Below, in pieces: positions 46,544 through 57,738 of a stretch of DNA of 64,000 bases (the first letter of the stretch is position 1; the number at the start of each line of letters is the position of its first letter). This DNA is from Alphaproteobacteria bacterium. GTDB taxonomy: Bacteria; Pseudomonadota; Alphaproteobacteria; Bin95. The stretch spans positions 352,001 to 416,000 of the forward strand of contig CBDBGH010000003.1 in NCBI GenBank assembly GCA_965205265.1. The letters run 5' to 3'. A program made the translations under genes and the position numbers. The notes beneath the pieces are model-generated. The model saw only the letters and a list, made by a program, of their open reading frames with translations. It was not told the DNA's origin and did no database searches.

Positions 46544-47676
46544 TGTCCGCGGGCGCCCTCGACCTCGCCCGCGCCCTCATCCGCTGCCCGAGCGTCACGC
46601 CGGCCGACGAGGGCGCGCTGGCCGTGCTGGAGGCGGCGCTGGAGCCGCTCGGCTTCGCCTGCGAGCGCATGCCGTTCAGTGCGCCCGGCACGCCGGATGT
46701 GGACAATCTCTACGCCCGGCGAGGCAGCGGGGGGCCGCTGTTCTGCTTCGCCGGGCATACCGATGTGGTGCCCGCGGGCGATCCTGCGGACTGGAGCGTG
46801 CCGCCCTTCTCGGCAACCGTCGCCGGCGGGCGGCTTACCGGGCGCGGCGCGGCGGACATGAAGGGGGCGATTGCCGCTTTCGTCGAGGCCGTTTCACGCC
46901 TCGGTCCGGTTCCCGGCTCCATCGCGCTGCTCATCACCGGCGACGAAGAAGGCCCGGCGGTCAACGGCACCCGGCCGATGCTGGAGCGGCTGGCGGCGCG
47001 CGGCGAGCGCATAGACGCCTGCGTCGTCGGCGAGCCGACCAATCCCGCGCAGTTCGGCGAGATGATAAAGATCGGCCGGCGGGGCTCGCTCAACGCGCGC
47101 CTTGTCGTGGAAGGCGTGCAGGGCCACGCCGCCTATCCCGATCTCGCCGACAATCCCGTGCATCCGCTGCTTGAGATGGCGCACGGCCTCGCCTCGACTC
47201 CGCTCGACCGGGGCACGGCGCATTTCCAGCCCTCGTCGCTCCAGGTCACCAGCGTCGATGTCGGCAACCCGACCACGAACCTGATCCCGGCCCGTGCCGA
47301 GGCCCGCTTCAACATCCGCTTCAACGACCTGCATACGGGCGCCGGTCTGGAGGAGCGGCTGCGCGGCATGCTGGACCGGCAGGGCCACGCCTACGGGCTG
47401 GACGTGTCGGTCAGCGGCGAAGCCTTCCTGACGCCGCCGGGGCCGCTGGTGGACCTGGCCGCAGAAGCCATGCGCGAGGTCACGGGCCGGACGCCGGAAC
47501 TCTCCACGTCCGGCGGCACGTCGGATGCGCGCTTCATCAAGGACTATTGCCCGGTGGTCGAGCTCGGCCTGGTGAGCGAAACGGCCCACAAGGTGGACGA
47601 ATATCTGGAGATCGAGGACCTCGAGAACCTGACGCGCGTTTACGAGAAGATGCTCGCGGGCTATTTCCTCTCCTGA
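46543..47676 (+). CDS. dapE: Succinyl-diaminopimelate desuccinylase
   Basis: [29 protein letters not shown]. Confidence 0.96.
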   Translation: MSAGALDLARALIRCPSVTPADEGALAVLEAALEPLGFACERMPFSAPGTPDVDNLYARRGSGGPLFCFAGHTDVVPAGDPADWSVPPFSATVAGGRLTGRGAADMKGAIAAFVEAVSRLGPVPGSIALLITGDEEGPAVNGTRPMLERLAARGERIDACVVGEPTNPAQFGEMIKIGRRGSLNARLVVEGVQGHAAYPDLADNPVHPLLEMAHGLASTPLDRGTAHFQPSSLQVTSVDVGNPTTNLIPARAEARFNIRFNDLHTGAGLEERLRGMLDRQGHAYGLDVSVSGEAFLTPPGPLVDLAAEAMREVTGRTPELSTSGGTSDARFIKDYCPVVELGLVSETAHKVDEYLEIEDLENLTRVYEKMLAGYFLS

Positions 47677-47699
47677 TACCGCTCAGGAGAGCGTTTCGG

Positions 47700-48242
47700 A
47701 TGCTCGGGGAAATTCGGACGGGCTGCGCCGCCGCACTGGCATTGGCGCGCGGGAACGCGGGGCCGGTTTCCGCGCTCGCCGATTTCTGGCGCTCGTTCCG
47801 CGCCGCCGCGGTGGCGTTTCCGCTCTCGCTGCTGATGCTGGCCCTGGTGCCGCACGGTTTCGAGATGACGGGCAAGCTCATCGCGGCGGATATCTTCGGC
47901 TATATCTGCACCTGGACCGCCTTCCCGCTCATCATGGTCTATGTGGCGGACCGGATACAGGTTTTTCCCCATTACTGGCGGTTCGTCATCGCCACCAACT
48001 GGGCGAACCTGCTGCAAAGCGCGGTCTTCGCGCTCGTCGTGCTGGTGGACGCCGCGGGCTTCCTGCCGGAGCCCGTCTCGGCCATGCTGTTCATGGCGGC
48101 CTGGTTCTGGATCCTGCTGTTCAAGTGGCGCCTCGCCCGCCACGGCCTCGGGATCGCGCATTTTCCGGCCGTCGCCATCGTGCTGCTCGACCTTGCGCTT
48201 CGCCTCGTCATCGCCCGCGCCACGATCTGGTTCGGAAGCTGA
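47700..48242 (+). CDS. Hypothetical membrane protein
   Basis: Several hydrophobic helices; FWRSF, NWA motifs. Confidence 0.75.
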   Translation: MLGEIRTGCAAALALARGNAGPVSALADFWRSFRAAAVAFPLSLLMLALVPHGFEMTGKLIAADIFGYICTWTAFPLIMVYVADRIQVFPHYWRFVIATNWANLLQSAVFALVVLVDAAGFLPEPVSAMLFMAAWFWILLFKWRLARHGLGIAHFPAVAIVLLDLALRLVIARATIWFGS

Positions 48243-48279
48243 ACGGGCGGAAATGCAGGGTCACGAAATTTTCTCTTGT

Positions 48280-48294
48280 GTTCCTGAAATATTC
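48280..48294 (+). promoter_or_regulatory. LexA box of recA (GTTC-N7-ATTC)
   Basis: GTTCCTGAAATATTC upstream of recA; one mismatch to the alphaproteobacterial consensus. Confidence 0.6.
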
Positions 48295-48365
48295 CTTCTA
48301 TGCAATTGGCCGGTGAATGGACCGGGGGCAAAAAAACGGCCTCCGGGCGAGCGGGGAGCGAGCAT

Positions 48366-49445
<1,080 letters not shown>

Positions 49446-49454
49446 GCGCTTTCC

Positions 49455-49708
49455 GAGACCGTTCGAGAATAGCGTCTCTGCAGGGTCCGGTCCGGCTCCG
49501 CAATGCCCGAACGCCTCCCTTCGACAGGCTCAGGACAGGCTCCTTCGTCATGCCCGGACTTGTTCCGGGCATCTCCACCGCTTCTCCCGGGGCGGCCGCA
49601 TGGATGCCCGGAACAAGTCCGGGCATGACGGGAAGAAGGTCGGGGCAACGCTTTCGGTCCCGCCTCGAACCCCCGGGCGCCGCAGACAGCCAATTCTCAA
49701 ACGGTCTC
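49455..49708 (+). mobile_element. MITE-like element copy 1 with internal REP-like palindromes
   Basis: TIRs GAGACCGTTCGAGAAT/ATTCTCAAACGGTCTC; internal IR GTCATGCCCGGACTTGTTCCGGGCATC; homologous to 57497-57738. Confidence 0.8.
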
Positions 49709-50581
49709 TCACGACCTCGGGTCGAGCGCGTCCTGGAGGGCGTCGCCGAGGAAGTTGAAGGCGATCACCGTCGCGAAGATCAGAAGCCCCGGCCAGACGG
49801 CGAGATACGGAGCCTGCCAGATCGTTTCCTGGGCGTGGGCCAGCATGTTGCCCCAGCTTGCGGCCGGCGGCTGGATGCCGAGCCCGAGAAAGGAGAGGAC
49901 GCTTTCGAACAGGATGATATTCCCGATCGAGAGCGTCGTCGCCACCAGGATCGGCGAGGCGACATTGGGCAGGATATGCCGGAGCGCGATGCGCCCGCTG
50001 CCGGCCCCGAGCGCCCGCGCCGCCCGCACATAGTCCTGGGCGCGGGCGGCGAGCGCGGCGGCGCGCACCAGCCGGGCCACCGTCGTCCAGCCGACCAGCG
50101 CCACGATGGCGATGACCCGGAACAGGCTCGCGTCCGTGCCGTCGTCGAGGCCGAGCTTGGCGGGATCCACCGCCGCCAGCACGATCAGCAGCGGCAGCAG
50201 CGGCAGCGCGATCACGCCGTCCGTCAGCCGCATGAGCGCGGTGTCGAACGCGCCGCCGCGATAGCCGGCGAGCAGGCCGAGGCCGGTGCCGATCAGCGCG
50301 GCGATGAAGGCGGCGGCAAGCCCGACCGAGAGCGAGACCCGGCCGCCCCGGAGCAGCCGCGCCAGCAGGTCCCGCCCGAGGTCGTCGGCCCCGAGCGGGT
50401 GGGCGGCCGACGGCGGCGCATAGCGGGAGAACAGGTCCACCGACTCGGCGTCGATGCCGAGCGCGGCCTCGATGAGCGGCGCGGACCAGGCGGCGGCGGC
50501 GAGCAGCAGCAGGAAGACCGCGCCGGCAAGGCCCGCCTTGTGGCGGCGGAAGCGCAGCCATGCGAGCGCGGCCGGGCTCAT
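49709..50581 (-). CDS. Peptide ABC permease (DppC/OppC)
   Basis: HPLGADDLGRD, RHILPN, SFLGLG. Confidence 0.92.
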   Translation of the reverse strand: MSPAALAWLRFRRHKAGLAGAVFLLLLAAAAWSAPLIEAALGIDAESVDLFSRYAPPSAAHPLGADDLGRDLLARLLRGGRVSLSVGLAAAFIAALIGTGLGLLAGYRGGAFDTALMRLTDGVIALPLLPLLIVLAAVDPAKLGLDDGTDASLFRVIAIVALVGWTTVARLVRAAALAARAQDYVRAARALGAGSGRIALRHILPNVASPILVATTLSIGNIILFESVLSFLGLGIQPPAASWGNMLAHAQETIWQAPYLAVWPGLLIFATVIAFNFLGDALQDALDPRS

Positions 50582-51540
50582 GCCCCGGCCCGGAACGCGA
50601 TGCGCGGGTCGAGCGCCACATAGGCGCCGTCCGCGGCGATATTCGCGGCAAGGGTGGTGAAGGTCGCGAACAGGAGGCCGATGAGCGCGAGGTTGTAGTC
50701 GTTCGCCATCACGGCGTTGTAGATGAGCGCGCCCATGCCGGGATAACCGAACATGATCTCGGTGATGAGCGCGCCGGAAAAGAGCGCGCCCATGTCGAGG
50801 GCGAGGATCGTCACCACCGGGATCATAGCATTGCGCAGCACATGGCGGCGCAGCACGGCGGCGCGCGAGAGGCCCTTGGCGCGCGCGGTGCGCACATAGT
50901 CCTGGCGCAGCGCCTCGCGCATGGAGGCGCGGACATAGCGCGTGATGCCGCCGGCCGAGAGCAGCCCCAGAACCGCGACCGGCAGGACGAGGTGGCGCAG
51001 CCGCTCCAGCCAGCCCGCGTCGCCCGCCGCCGGATAGCCCGTCGCCGGCAGCCAGCCGAGCATGACCGAGAAGAGCAGCATCGCCATGATCGCGAGCCAG
51101 AAGGGCGGCGTGGAAATGCCCGCGAAGCAGAGGAAGTTGACGGCGTAGTCGGCGAAGCGGTTGGCCTTGAGCGCGGCGAAAATGCCGGCCGGCAGCGCAA
51201 TCGCGACCGAGAGCGCGAAGGCCAGCCCCATCAGCAGCGCGGTGTGCGGCAGCCGCTCCGCCAGCAGGTCGAGCGCCGGGCGGTGGTAGATGCGGCTGTG
51301 TCCGAAATCGCCGCCAAGCGCCCGTCCCGCCCAGGCGAGATAGCGTTCCCAGACCGGGCGGTCGAGGCCGTAAAGCGCCTTCAGCCGTTCGGTGTCTTCC
51401 GAAGTCAGTTCCGGGTCGGCCGCGATCATGGCGTCGATCGGGTCGCCCGGCATCAGGCCGATCAGCCCATAGACGACGAAGGACATGACGGCCAGCACGA
51501 GGGCCGCCTGCAGCAGGCGGCCGGCGAGAAAACGGCTCAT
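50578..51540 (-). CDS. Peptide ABC permease (DppB/OppB)
   Basis: PGDP, YVRTARAKGL, DPRI. Confidence 0.92.
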   Translation of the reverse strand: MSRFLAGRLLQAALVLAVMSFVVYGLIGLMPGDPIDAMIAADPELTSEDTERLKALYGLDRPVWERYLAWAGRALGGDFGHSRIYHRPALDLLAERLPHTALLMGLAFALSVAIALPAGIFAALKANRFADYAVNFLCFAGISTPPFWLAIMAMLLFSVMLGWLPATGYPAAGDAGWLERLRHLVLPVAVLGLLSAGGITRYVRASMREALRQDYVRTARAKGLSRAAVLRRHVLRNAMIPVVTILALDMGALFSGALITEIMFGYPGMGALIYNAVMANDYNLALIGLLFATFTTLAANIAADGAYVALDPRIAFRAGA

Positions 51541-53192
51541 TCCTCCGCGCGCCACTCCTCGATCCAGAGCGTGGTCGGATACTGGTGGCCGGTGGGCGTC
51601 ACGCCTTTCAGCCACTTCGGGAAGACATAGGGCGTGGCGCGGAAATAGAGGGGCAGCACCGGCAGGTCGCGCGCATAGGCAGCCTGGAGCTGGGCCCAGA
51701 GCGCGCGCCGCTTCCCGCGGTCGAGCTCCACCTCGATGTCGTCGAGCAGCCTGTCCATATCCGGGTTGCGGTAGCCGGTGTAGTTCTGCCCGGACCAGTT
51801 GTTCTCCGCCGTCGGGATCATGGTGGAGTGGAGCGTCGAACGCGGCACGCTCTCCGGCGAGGAGAGCCAGGCATACATCGCCATGCCGCTGAACCGGCGC
51901 TTGGAAACCGTCTCGCCGAAGAACACCCGCGCCGGCCGGTTGCGGATGCGCACGTCGATGCCGACATCCTTCCACGCCGCCTGCAACACCTGCTGCACGA
52001 GTTCGCGCGAGCGGTTGCCGGCCGTGGTGCCGAGTTCGAGCCTGAGCGCCTCCCCGGCGGTGTTGCGGCGGGGCGCGCCCGGCGCCTCGTTGGTCCACCC
52101 CGCCTCGTCCAGCAGCCTCCGCGCCGCGTCCGGGTCGAACGGCGTCTTCGGCAGGTCCGGGTCATAGACCCGGTCGAGCGGGCTGACGGGCCCGTGCGCC
52201 ACCGGCTGCCGGCCGAAAAAGAGGCGCTTCGAGATCGTCTCCCGGTCGATGGCGTGCAGCAGCGCGCGCCTGACCCGGACATCGGCCAGCGCCGGATTGT
52301 CGAGATTGAGGTCGATATGCTCGTAGATCAGCCCCGCCTTGTAGGCGAAGTCCCAGGCATCGCCCTCGCGCTCTTCCATGGCGGCGGCCTGGTCGAGGCT
52401 GAGGCCGAGTTCGCCGGCGATGTAGTCGATGGCGCCCGAGCGCAGATTGACCTCGAGCGCCGCGGTGTTCTCGACGATGCGGATGATGACCGTCCCGAAG
52501 GCCGCCGGCTTGCCCCACCAGGTGGGATTGCGCGTGAGTTCGATGGCGGCGCCCGGCTCCACGCGGACGACCCGGTAGGGCCCGAACCAGAGGCCGGGAT
52601 TGGCGCTGTCGGCGTCGAAGGCGGTCCGGTTCCGGTATTCCGCCGGGTCCGCGTCGAAATTGGCGCGGTCGATATGCGCGGGAAGCACGAGGCCGCCGAT
52701 GTCGTTGTAGTCGAAGGTCACGCGGTCCAGATGCAGGGTGAACCGCCGGTCGTCATGGATTTCCAGTTCCAGAATGCGCCGGAAGAGTTCCGCCGAGGCG
52801 ACGCCCGATTGCGGATGCTTGCCGACCTCGACGGCGAAGGCCACATCCTTCGTCGTCACCGGCGCGCCGTCCCCCCAGCGCGCATCCGCGCGGATGGTGT
52901 AGGTGACGGCGATGCCCTCCTTGCCCTCGGAGGTCGTCTCGCGCACCGCCCCGCCGTTCTCGATGGTCGGAAGGTCGACGCAGAGCATGCAGACCAGCCG
53001 CCACTCCGGGTCGTAAGCGGTAAAGGGGCGCATGCCCATCGCCAGCGCATAGCTCTTCGCCAGCATCGAATCGATCAGCGGATGCAGGGTCGAGGGGAAC
53101 TGGGTCATGCCGATCACCAGCCGCTCCTTCGCCGCCGCCGGGGCCGTCCAGCAGACCAGCAGCGTGAGCACAGCGGCGAGGATGCGAGTCAT
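51537..53192 (-). CDS. Peptide ABC substrate-binding protein (family 5)
   Basis: Signal peptide; WGDGAPVT..DV, GPYRV, DVRVRRAL. Confidence 0.92.
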   Translation of the reverse strand: MTRILAAVLTLLVCWTAPAAAKERLVIGMTQFPSTLHPLIDSMLAKSYALAMGMRPFTAYDPEWRLVCMLCVDLPTIENGGAVRETTSEGKEGIAVTYTIRADARWGDGAPVTTKDVAFAVEVGKHPQSGVASAELFRRILELEIHDDRRFTLHLDRVTFDYNDIGGLVLPAHIDRANFDADPAEYRNRTAFDADSANPGLWFGPYRVVRVEPGAAIELTRNPTWWGKPAAFGTVIIRIVENTAALEVNLRSGAIDYIAGELGLSLDQAAAMEEREGDAWDFAYKAGLIYEHIDLNLDNPALADVRVRRALLHAIDRETISKRLFFGRQPVAHGPVSPLDRVYDPDLPKTPFDPDAARRLLDEAGWTNEAPGAPRRNTAGEALRLELGTTAGNRSRELVQQVLQAAWKDVGIDVRIRNRPARVFFGETVSKRRFSGMAMYAWLSSPESVPRSTLHSTMIPTAENNWSGQNYTGYRNPDMDRLLDDIEVELDRGKRRALWAQLQAAYARDLPVLPLYFRATPYVFPKWLKGVTPTGHQYPTTLWIEEWRAEE

Positions 53193-53225
53193 GGCGCGGA
53201 ACTCCCGGCGGAGGCGGCGCGGGCG

Positions 53226-53618
53226 TCAGAAACCGAACTGCACACCACCGCCGCTAGTAGAGCTACCGTAGCCCGCCACAAAACGGAAGCCGTTGCAGCA
53301 AAGCTGCCGGCATGCCTCTATGAAGTTGCTGTAAGGAGGAGCGCACATCGCCACGGCGAGGCACCGTGCCATGCACAGCTCAAGACGATCTGGTTCGTCC
53401 GGACGAGGGCGGTCCGGATAACGGAGAACGGAGCCGATGACGAGGCTATAGTTCTGGCACGGGGGCAGTTTGCCTGGGTCGAAGTTCCGGAGTTCGCAGC
53501 GAATCTGATCGTAAAATGGGTTGACGGGATTGCACGGATCGGAAAAGGACGCTGAGGTCGGGCCCACAGCGGACAACACCAGAAAACAGGTGCCAACGAT
53601 ATGGGCAAGGATACGAAT
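53226..53618 (-). CDS. Cys-rich secreted small protein (ATT at apparent start)
   Basis: AAGGAG RBS 7 nt before ATT-RILAHIVGTCFLVLSAVGPTSA; 9 Cys in mature part. Confidence 0.5.
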   Translation of the reverse strand: MRILAHIVGTCFLVLSAVGPTSASFSDPCNPVNPFYDQIRCELRNFDPGKLPPCQNYSLVIGSVLRYPDRPRPDEPDRLELCMARCLAVAMCAPPYSNFIEACRQLCCNGFRFVAGYGSSTSGGGVQFGF

Positions 53619-53865
53619 CGCAACTCTCCTTCGAGGCGCTGCAAGTCCGACGATGACAGCCGACCCGCAAGCTGCTGTCCAGACTTCCGGAGAAATTCGC
53701 CGATCTGAGTTTTCCGGATGGAAACGCTTTCCTCGACGCGGAAATATTTTCTTCCTTAGTGATCGATGTCCGCTGGAACCCGTTGACATGGTCCCGATCC
53801 GGTGTTTGAATACCTGCATGGTATCCGACAGCGATATGCTTACAATCCTCCCGGCCAGATCTTGG

Positions 53866-54378
53866 ATGAATGCCCCCCGCTTATATCTCAGGATCGTAGA
53901 AAAGACGGACGACCTTCCAAATCCAGATAAGGAAGACTTGAAGGTCTTTGACAGCTTAATCAACGTCTGGATACTGGAAATCATCCATGATGCGAATATC
54001 GCCGCCAGGATGGACACAATCATAGGAAAAATTATGGATAATCGACCGAGTAAATTGCATAAGAGCAGAGCAAGTACGGCGCGAAATTTGCGAAATCAGA
54101 TGAAAAAATTCGAACGATTGAAACTCATTAAGAGAGTTTCATTGCCGTTATATTTCGATGAGAGGTTACCGGAGCTGGAAGCGGGGGGAAAGGTCAGCAT
54201 TAAGGAGGAATTGGATCGATTGCTGAAAATGGAGGTCGCTAGCAGGCATGACGAAGACCAAGCGGGACCGGTATCGACTCACATCTGCGGGTTAAGACCC
54301 CTCAGAGAGCTGGTCGAGCTTGTCAAACGATATCCAGAACAACGCGATTCAGGTGACCGGGAAGGAGCCGCGATATGA
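53866..54378 (+). CDS. Hypothetical protein (lower GC; start uncertain)
   Basis: Open frame in AT-richer DNA, coupled to next gene by ATGA overlap. Confidence 0.55.
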   Translation: MNAPRLYLRIVEKTDDLPNPDKEDLKVFDSLINVWILEIIHDANIAARMDTIIGKIMDNRPSKLHKSRASTARNLRNQMKKFERLKLIKRVSLPLYFDERLPELEAGGKVSIKEELDRLLKMEVASRHDEDQAGPVSTHICGLRPLRELVELVKRYPEQRDSGDREGAAI

Positions 54379-55247
54379 GGGAACTCTTGGGAGCTGCTAA
54401 TAGCCGGAGATTTGGCGCTTTGGCGCTTGTTCTGGTTTCGATGCTATCGTTTGACCGGGGGATAGCGTTGGCGGCGGACTTCCGTATTCCAACCATATCG
54501 CGCGCGACGAGCGGTTTCGTGCCTGGCGCGGATTCTGGAATTTATGTCGGGACGGTGGAACAAGCCGAAGTCGCTGCTGCACCATTGTGGACGCAGTATG
54601 AGGCTGGCGGCTATTTCCGCGACTATTTTAGCTATTTCGGTGACCATTGGAACGACATTCATCGGGCGGATGTGGGTATGGCTGCTGAGGCGGTGTGCTC
54701 AGATTTCGGCAAAGTTGTCGGTTTAAGGGCCGGTAAACTGGTTCCGGTCGGTGGCGCAGACGACAGAGATATTGATCGACTGCTGGACGATTACCGCAAG
54801 AGCGGTCGGGAATCAGAGAGTGATTCTGAGAGGCAAAGACGTTATTTCGAACCGATGTTGCGGGAATTGTTTGAAGAAAAAGGGTTCAAGGTGTCCGGTG
54901 GAGGAGTGAAGGACGGGATGAAGGCAGCAGAAGTGGACGAGTCGTTCGCCAAGGCAATAGTTAAGGAGTGGATAGCCGCGACTAAGGAGTGGGTAGCCGC
55001 CGGAAACGGGTGGAGAATGGCCGCCGGAAACGACGGTCGAGTAGTCCTGATCCCGGCTTGGGGCACCGGGACAAAGTTATTCCCGATCCCGATCCCGACC
55101 CCGGTTTCGGGCATCGGGAAGAAGATGGTGTCCGCGACCAGCGACTTGCCGGGGCAGGGGCTACAGCCTTGCGAAGCCCGGCGCCCTACCGCCATGGGCT
55201 TGGTGACCGCCTTCTCGCCTTCCGCTGCCGCCGCTTCACCCCGTTAG
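54375..55247 (+). CDS. Hypothetical secreted protein
   Basis: AAGGAG RBS; hydrophobic N-terminus ending ALA-A. Confidence 0.6.
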   Translation: MRELLGAANSRRFGALALVLVSMLSFDRGIALAADFRIPTISRATSGFVPGADSGIYVGTVEQAEVAAAPLWTQYEAGGYFRDYFSYFGDHWNDIHRADVGMAAEAVCSDFGKVVGLRAGKLVPVGGADDRDIDRLLDDYRKSGRESESDSERQRRYFEPMLRELFEEKGFKVSGGGVKDGMKAAEVDESFAKAIVKEWIAATKEWVAAGNGWRMAAGNDGRVVLIPAWGTGTKLFPIPIPTPVSGIGKKMVSATSDLPGQGLQPCEARRPTAMGLVTAFSPSAAAASPR

Positions 55248-55910
55248 CGCCGCCAGCCAGTCCTCCAGGCTTTCGGCGGTATGGTGGACGGCGGCGGGGT
55301 CGAGGCCGCGGGCGCCCTGGGGGCGCTCGGTGCGCAGCCATAACGTCGTCATGCCCGAGGCGGCGGCGGGGATGAGGTTGCGGGCCATATCCTCCACCAT
55401 CACGGCGCGGCGGGGATCGACCGCGTGGCGGGCGAGCAGGCGCCGGTAGCCTTCCGGGTCCGGCTTGGGCAGGAGTCCGGCGGCTTCGACATCGAACACC
55501 GCCTCGAAATGCGCGCTGAGGCCGAGCCGGTCCAGCACGCGCTCGGCATGGGCGGTGGTTGCATTGGTGTGGATGAGGCGCCGGCCCGGCAGCCCGGCGA
55601 TCAGCCGTTGCAGGCGCGGGGAAGGGCGAAGCGAGGACAGATCGAGGCGGTGGGTTTCCTCGAGGTAGTCATGGGGGTCCACGCCGCATTCCGCGATCAC
55701 GCCGCCGAGGGTCATTCCGTAGCGGCTGTGCCACACGCTGCGGAGCCGGTCCGATTCGTCCGCCGGGACGTCGAGACGGCGTTGGATGAAGGCGGAGATC
55801 GCCGCTTCCATCTGCTCCGGGATATCGCATTCCGACGGGCTGTAGAGCGTGTTGTCGAGGTCGAAAATCCAGCAGTCCACGCGGCCGGGATCGGGGAGCG
55901 GGTGGTTCAT
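55236..55910 (-). CDS. Pyrimidine 5'-nucleotidase (HAD family)
   Basis: [21 protein letters not shown]. Confidence 0.9.
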   Translation of the reverse strand: MNHPLPDPGRVDCWIFDLDNTLYSPSECDIPEQMEAAISAFIQRRLDVPADESDRLRSVWHSRYGMTLGGVIAECGVDPHDYLEETHRLDLSSLRPSPRLQRLIAGLPGRRLIHTNATTAHAERVLDRLGLSAHFEAVFDVEAAGLLPKPDPEGYRRLLARHAVDPRRAVMVEDMARNLIPAAASGMTTLWLRTERPQGARGLDPAAVHHTAESLEDWLAALTG

Positions 55911-56827
55911 TGCCGCCGGATCAGCGTGCCTGCGCCCGAATGCGTCAGGATTTCCAGCAGCACGGCATGGTCCATCCGGCCGTCCAGGATCGCCGCCGCC
56001 TCGACCCCGCCCTGGACGGCGTCGAGGCAGGTCTCCACCTTGGGGATCATGCCGCCCTTGATCGCGCCGTCGGCGATCATCCGCCGGGCGCGGTCGCGGT
56101 CGATTTCGGGAATGAGCCGGCCTTCCTCGTCGAGCACGCCCGCCACGTCGGTCAGCAGCAGGAAGCGGCGCGCCTTGCAGGCGGCGGCGATGGCGCCTGC
56201 GGCCGTGTCCGCATTGATGTTGTAGGTCTCGCCGTCCTCGCCGAGGCCGATGGGCGCGACCACCGGGATGAAACCCGCCTGCGCGAGCGCGTCGAGCACG
56301 CCCGTATCGACGCCGGAGGGCTCGCCGACGAAGCCGAGGTCGAGCGCCTTCTCGATGTTCGACTCCGGGTCGCGGCGCATGCGCTGCAGGCGTTTCGCGG
56401 TCAACAGCCCCGCATCCTTGCCGGAGAGGCCGACGGCGCGTCCGCCGGCCGCGCCGATGGCGGCGGCGACCGCCTTGTTGATGCGGCCCGCCAGCACCAT
56501 CTCGACGATCTCGACCGTCTCCGCGGTCGTCACCCGGAGCCCGTCCACGAAGTCGCTGCCGATGCCGAGGCGCTCCAGCATGCCCCCGATCTGCGGACCG
56601 CCGCCATGCACCACCACGGGGTGGATGCCGATCTGCTTCATCAGCACCACATCGCGCGCAAAGCCGGCAAGCGCATCGGCGTCGCCCATCGCATGGCCGC
56701 CATATTTGACGACGACGGTGGCGCCGGCATAGCGCGCGATATGCGGCACGGCCTCGGAGAGCACGGCGGCTTTCGCAATGCCCTCGGCGAGCGGGCCTGC
56801 AAGGGGGCCGGCGGCGGTCTCGGTCAT
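55907..56827 (-). CDS. argB: Acetylglutamate kinase
   Basis: [27 protein letters not shown]. Confidence 0.96.
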   Translation of the reverse strand: MTETAAGPLAGPLAEGIAKAAVLSEAVPHIARYAGATVVVKYGGHAMGDADALAGFARDVVLMKQIGIHPVVVHGGGPQIGGMLERLGIGSDFVDGLRVTTAETVEIVEMVLAGRINKAVAAAIGAAGGRAVGLSGKDAGLLTAKRLQRMRRDPESNIEKALDLGFVGEPSGVDTGVLDALAQAGFIPVVAPIGLGEDGETYNINADTAAGAIAAACKARRFLLLTDVAGVLDEEGRLIPEIDRDRARRMIADGAIKGGMIPKVETCLDAVQGGVEAAAILDGRMDHAVLLEILTHSGAGTLIRRQ

Positions 56828-57480
56828 GGGCCAGGCTCCTCTGCAAGGGCGGCGAGTTCGGCGCGGAGCCGGGGGACGCCGTCGCCGGCGCGGGCGCTGG
56901 TGGCGATGACGGCGGGATGCGCGGCGGCCCGGCGGGCGATGCTGTCCTCGACTTCGCCAACCGCCCGCGCGCGCGCCGGGGGGCTGAGCTTGTCTATCTT
57001 GGTCAGCACCACCTGATAGACAACCGCCGCGCGGTCGAGCAGCTCCATCAGCTCGTGGTCGCTCGCCTTCAGGCCGTGCCGCGCATCGACCAAGAGGCAG
57101 AGCCGGCGGAGCGTCGCCCGTCCGGCGAGATAGTCGCGGGTAAGCGCCGTCCAGGCCGCCGCCTTCGTCTTCGACACCTTCGCATAGCCGTAGCCCGGCA
57201 GATCGACGAGGCCGAGCCGGCCGGCGAGGTCGAAGAAGATCAGCGCCTGGGTGCGGCCCGGCGTGTTGGAGGTGCGCGCCAGGCTCCGGCGGCCGGTAAG
57301 CGCGTTCACGAGGCTCGACTTGCCGACATTGGAGCGTCCGGCGAACGCGACTTCGGGCAGTCCGGCCGGGGGCAGCCGGCCGGCTTCGGCCGCGGCGGCC
57401 ACGAAGCGGCAGTCTCCGGCGAAGAGCCGCCGGCCGCGCTCCAGTTCCAGGGTGTCTTGCAACGGGCCGGGCTGGCACAC
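56824..57480 (-). CDS. engB: Ribosome biogenesis GTPase YihA/YsxC (start approximate)
   Basis: [26 protein letters not shown]. Confidence 0.95.
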   Translation of the reverse strand: MCQPGPLQDTLELERGRRLFAGDCRFVAAAAEAGRLPPAGLPEVAFAGRSNVGKSSLVNALTGRRSLARTSNTPGRTQALIFFDLAGRLGLVDLPGYGYAKVSKTKAAAWTALTRDYLAGRATLRRLCLLVDARHGLKASDHELMELLDRAAVVYQVVLTKIDKLSPPARARAVGEVEDSIARRAAAHPAVIATSARAGDGVPRLRAELAALAEEPGP

Positions 57481-57496
57481 GGGTTCCTGGACCTCA

Positions 57497-57738
57497 ATAT
57501 CCGTTTGAGAATTGGCGTCCGGGCGTATCGAGACAGGACCGGAGGCGTTGCCCCGACCTCTTCTCGTCATGCCCGGACTTGTTCCGGGCATCCATACGGC
57601 CGGCCGGCCGAAGCGGTGGAGAGAGATGCCCGGAACAAGTCCGGGCATGACGGAGGAGCCTGTCCTGAGCCTGTCGAAGGGGGGCGTTCGGACATAGCGG
57701 AACGGGGCCTTGCATGGACGCTGTTCTCAAACGGTCTC
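57497..57738 (-). mobile_element. MITE-like element copy 2 (inverted)
   Basis: Full-length homology to 49455-49708; TCA on both flanks; one TIR end degenerate. Confidence 0.8.
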
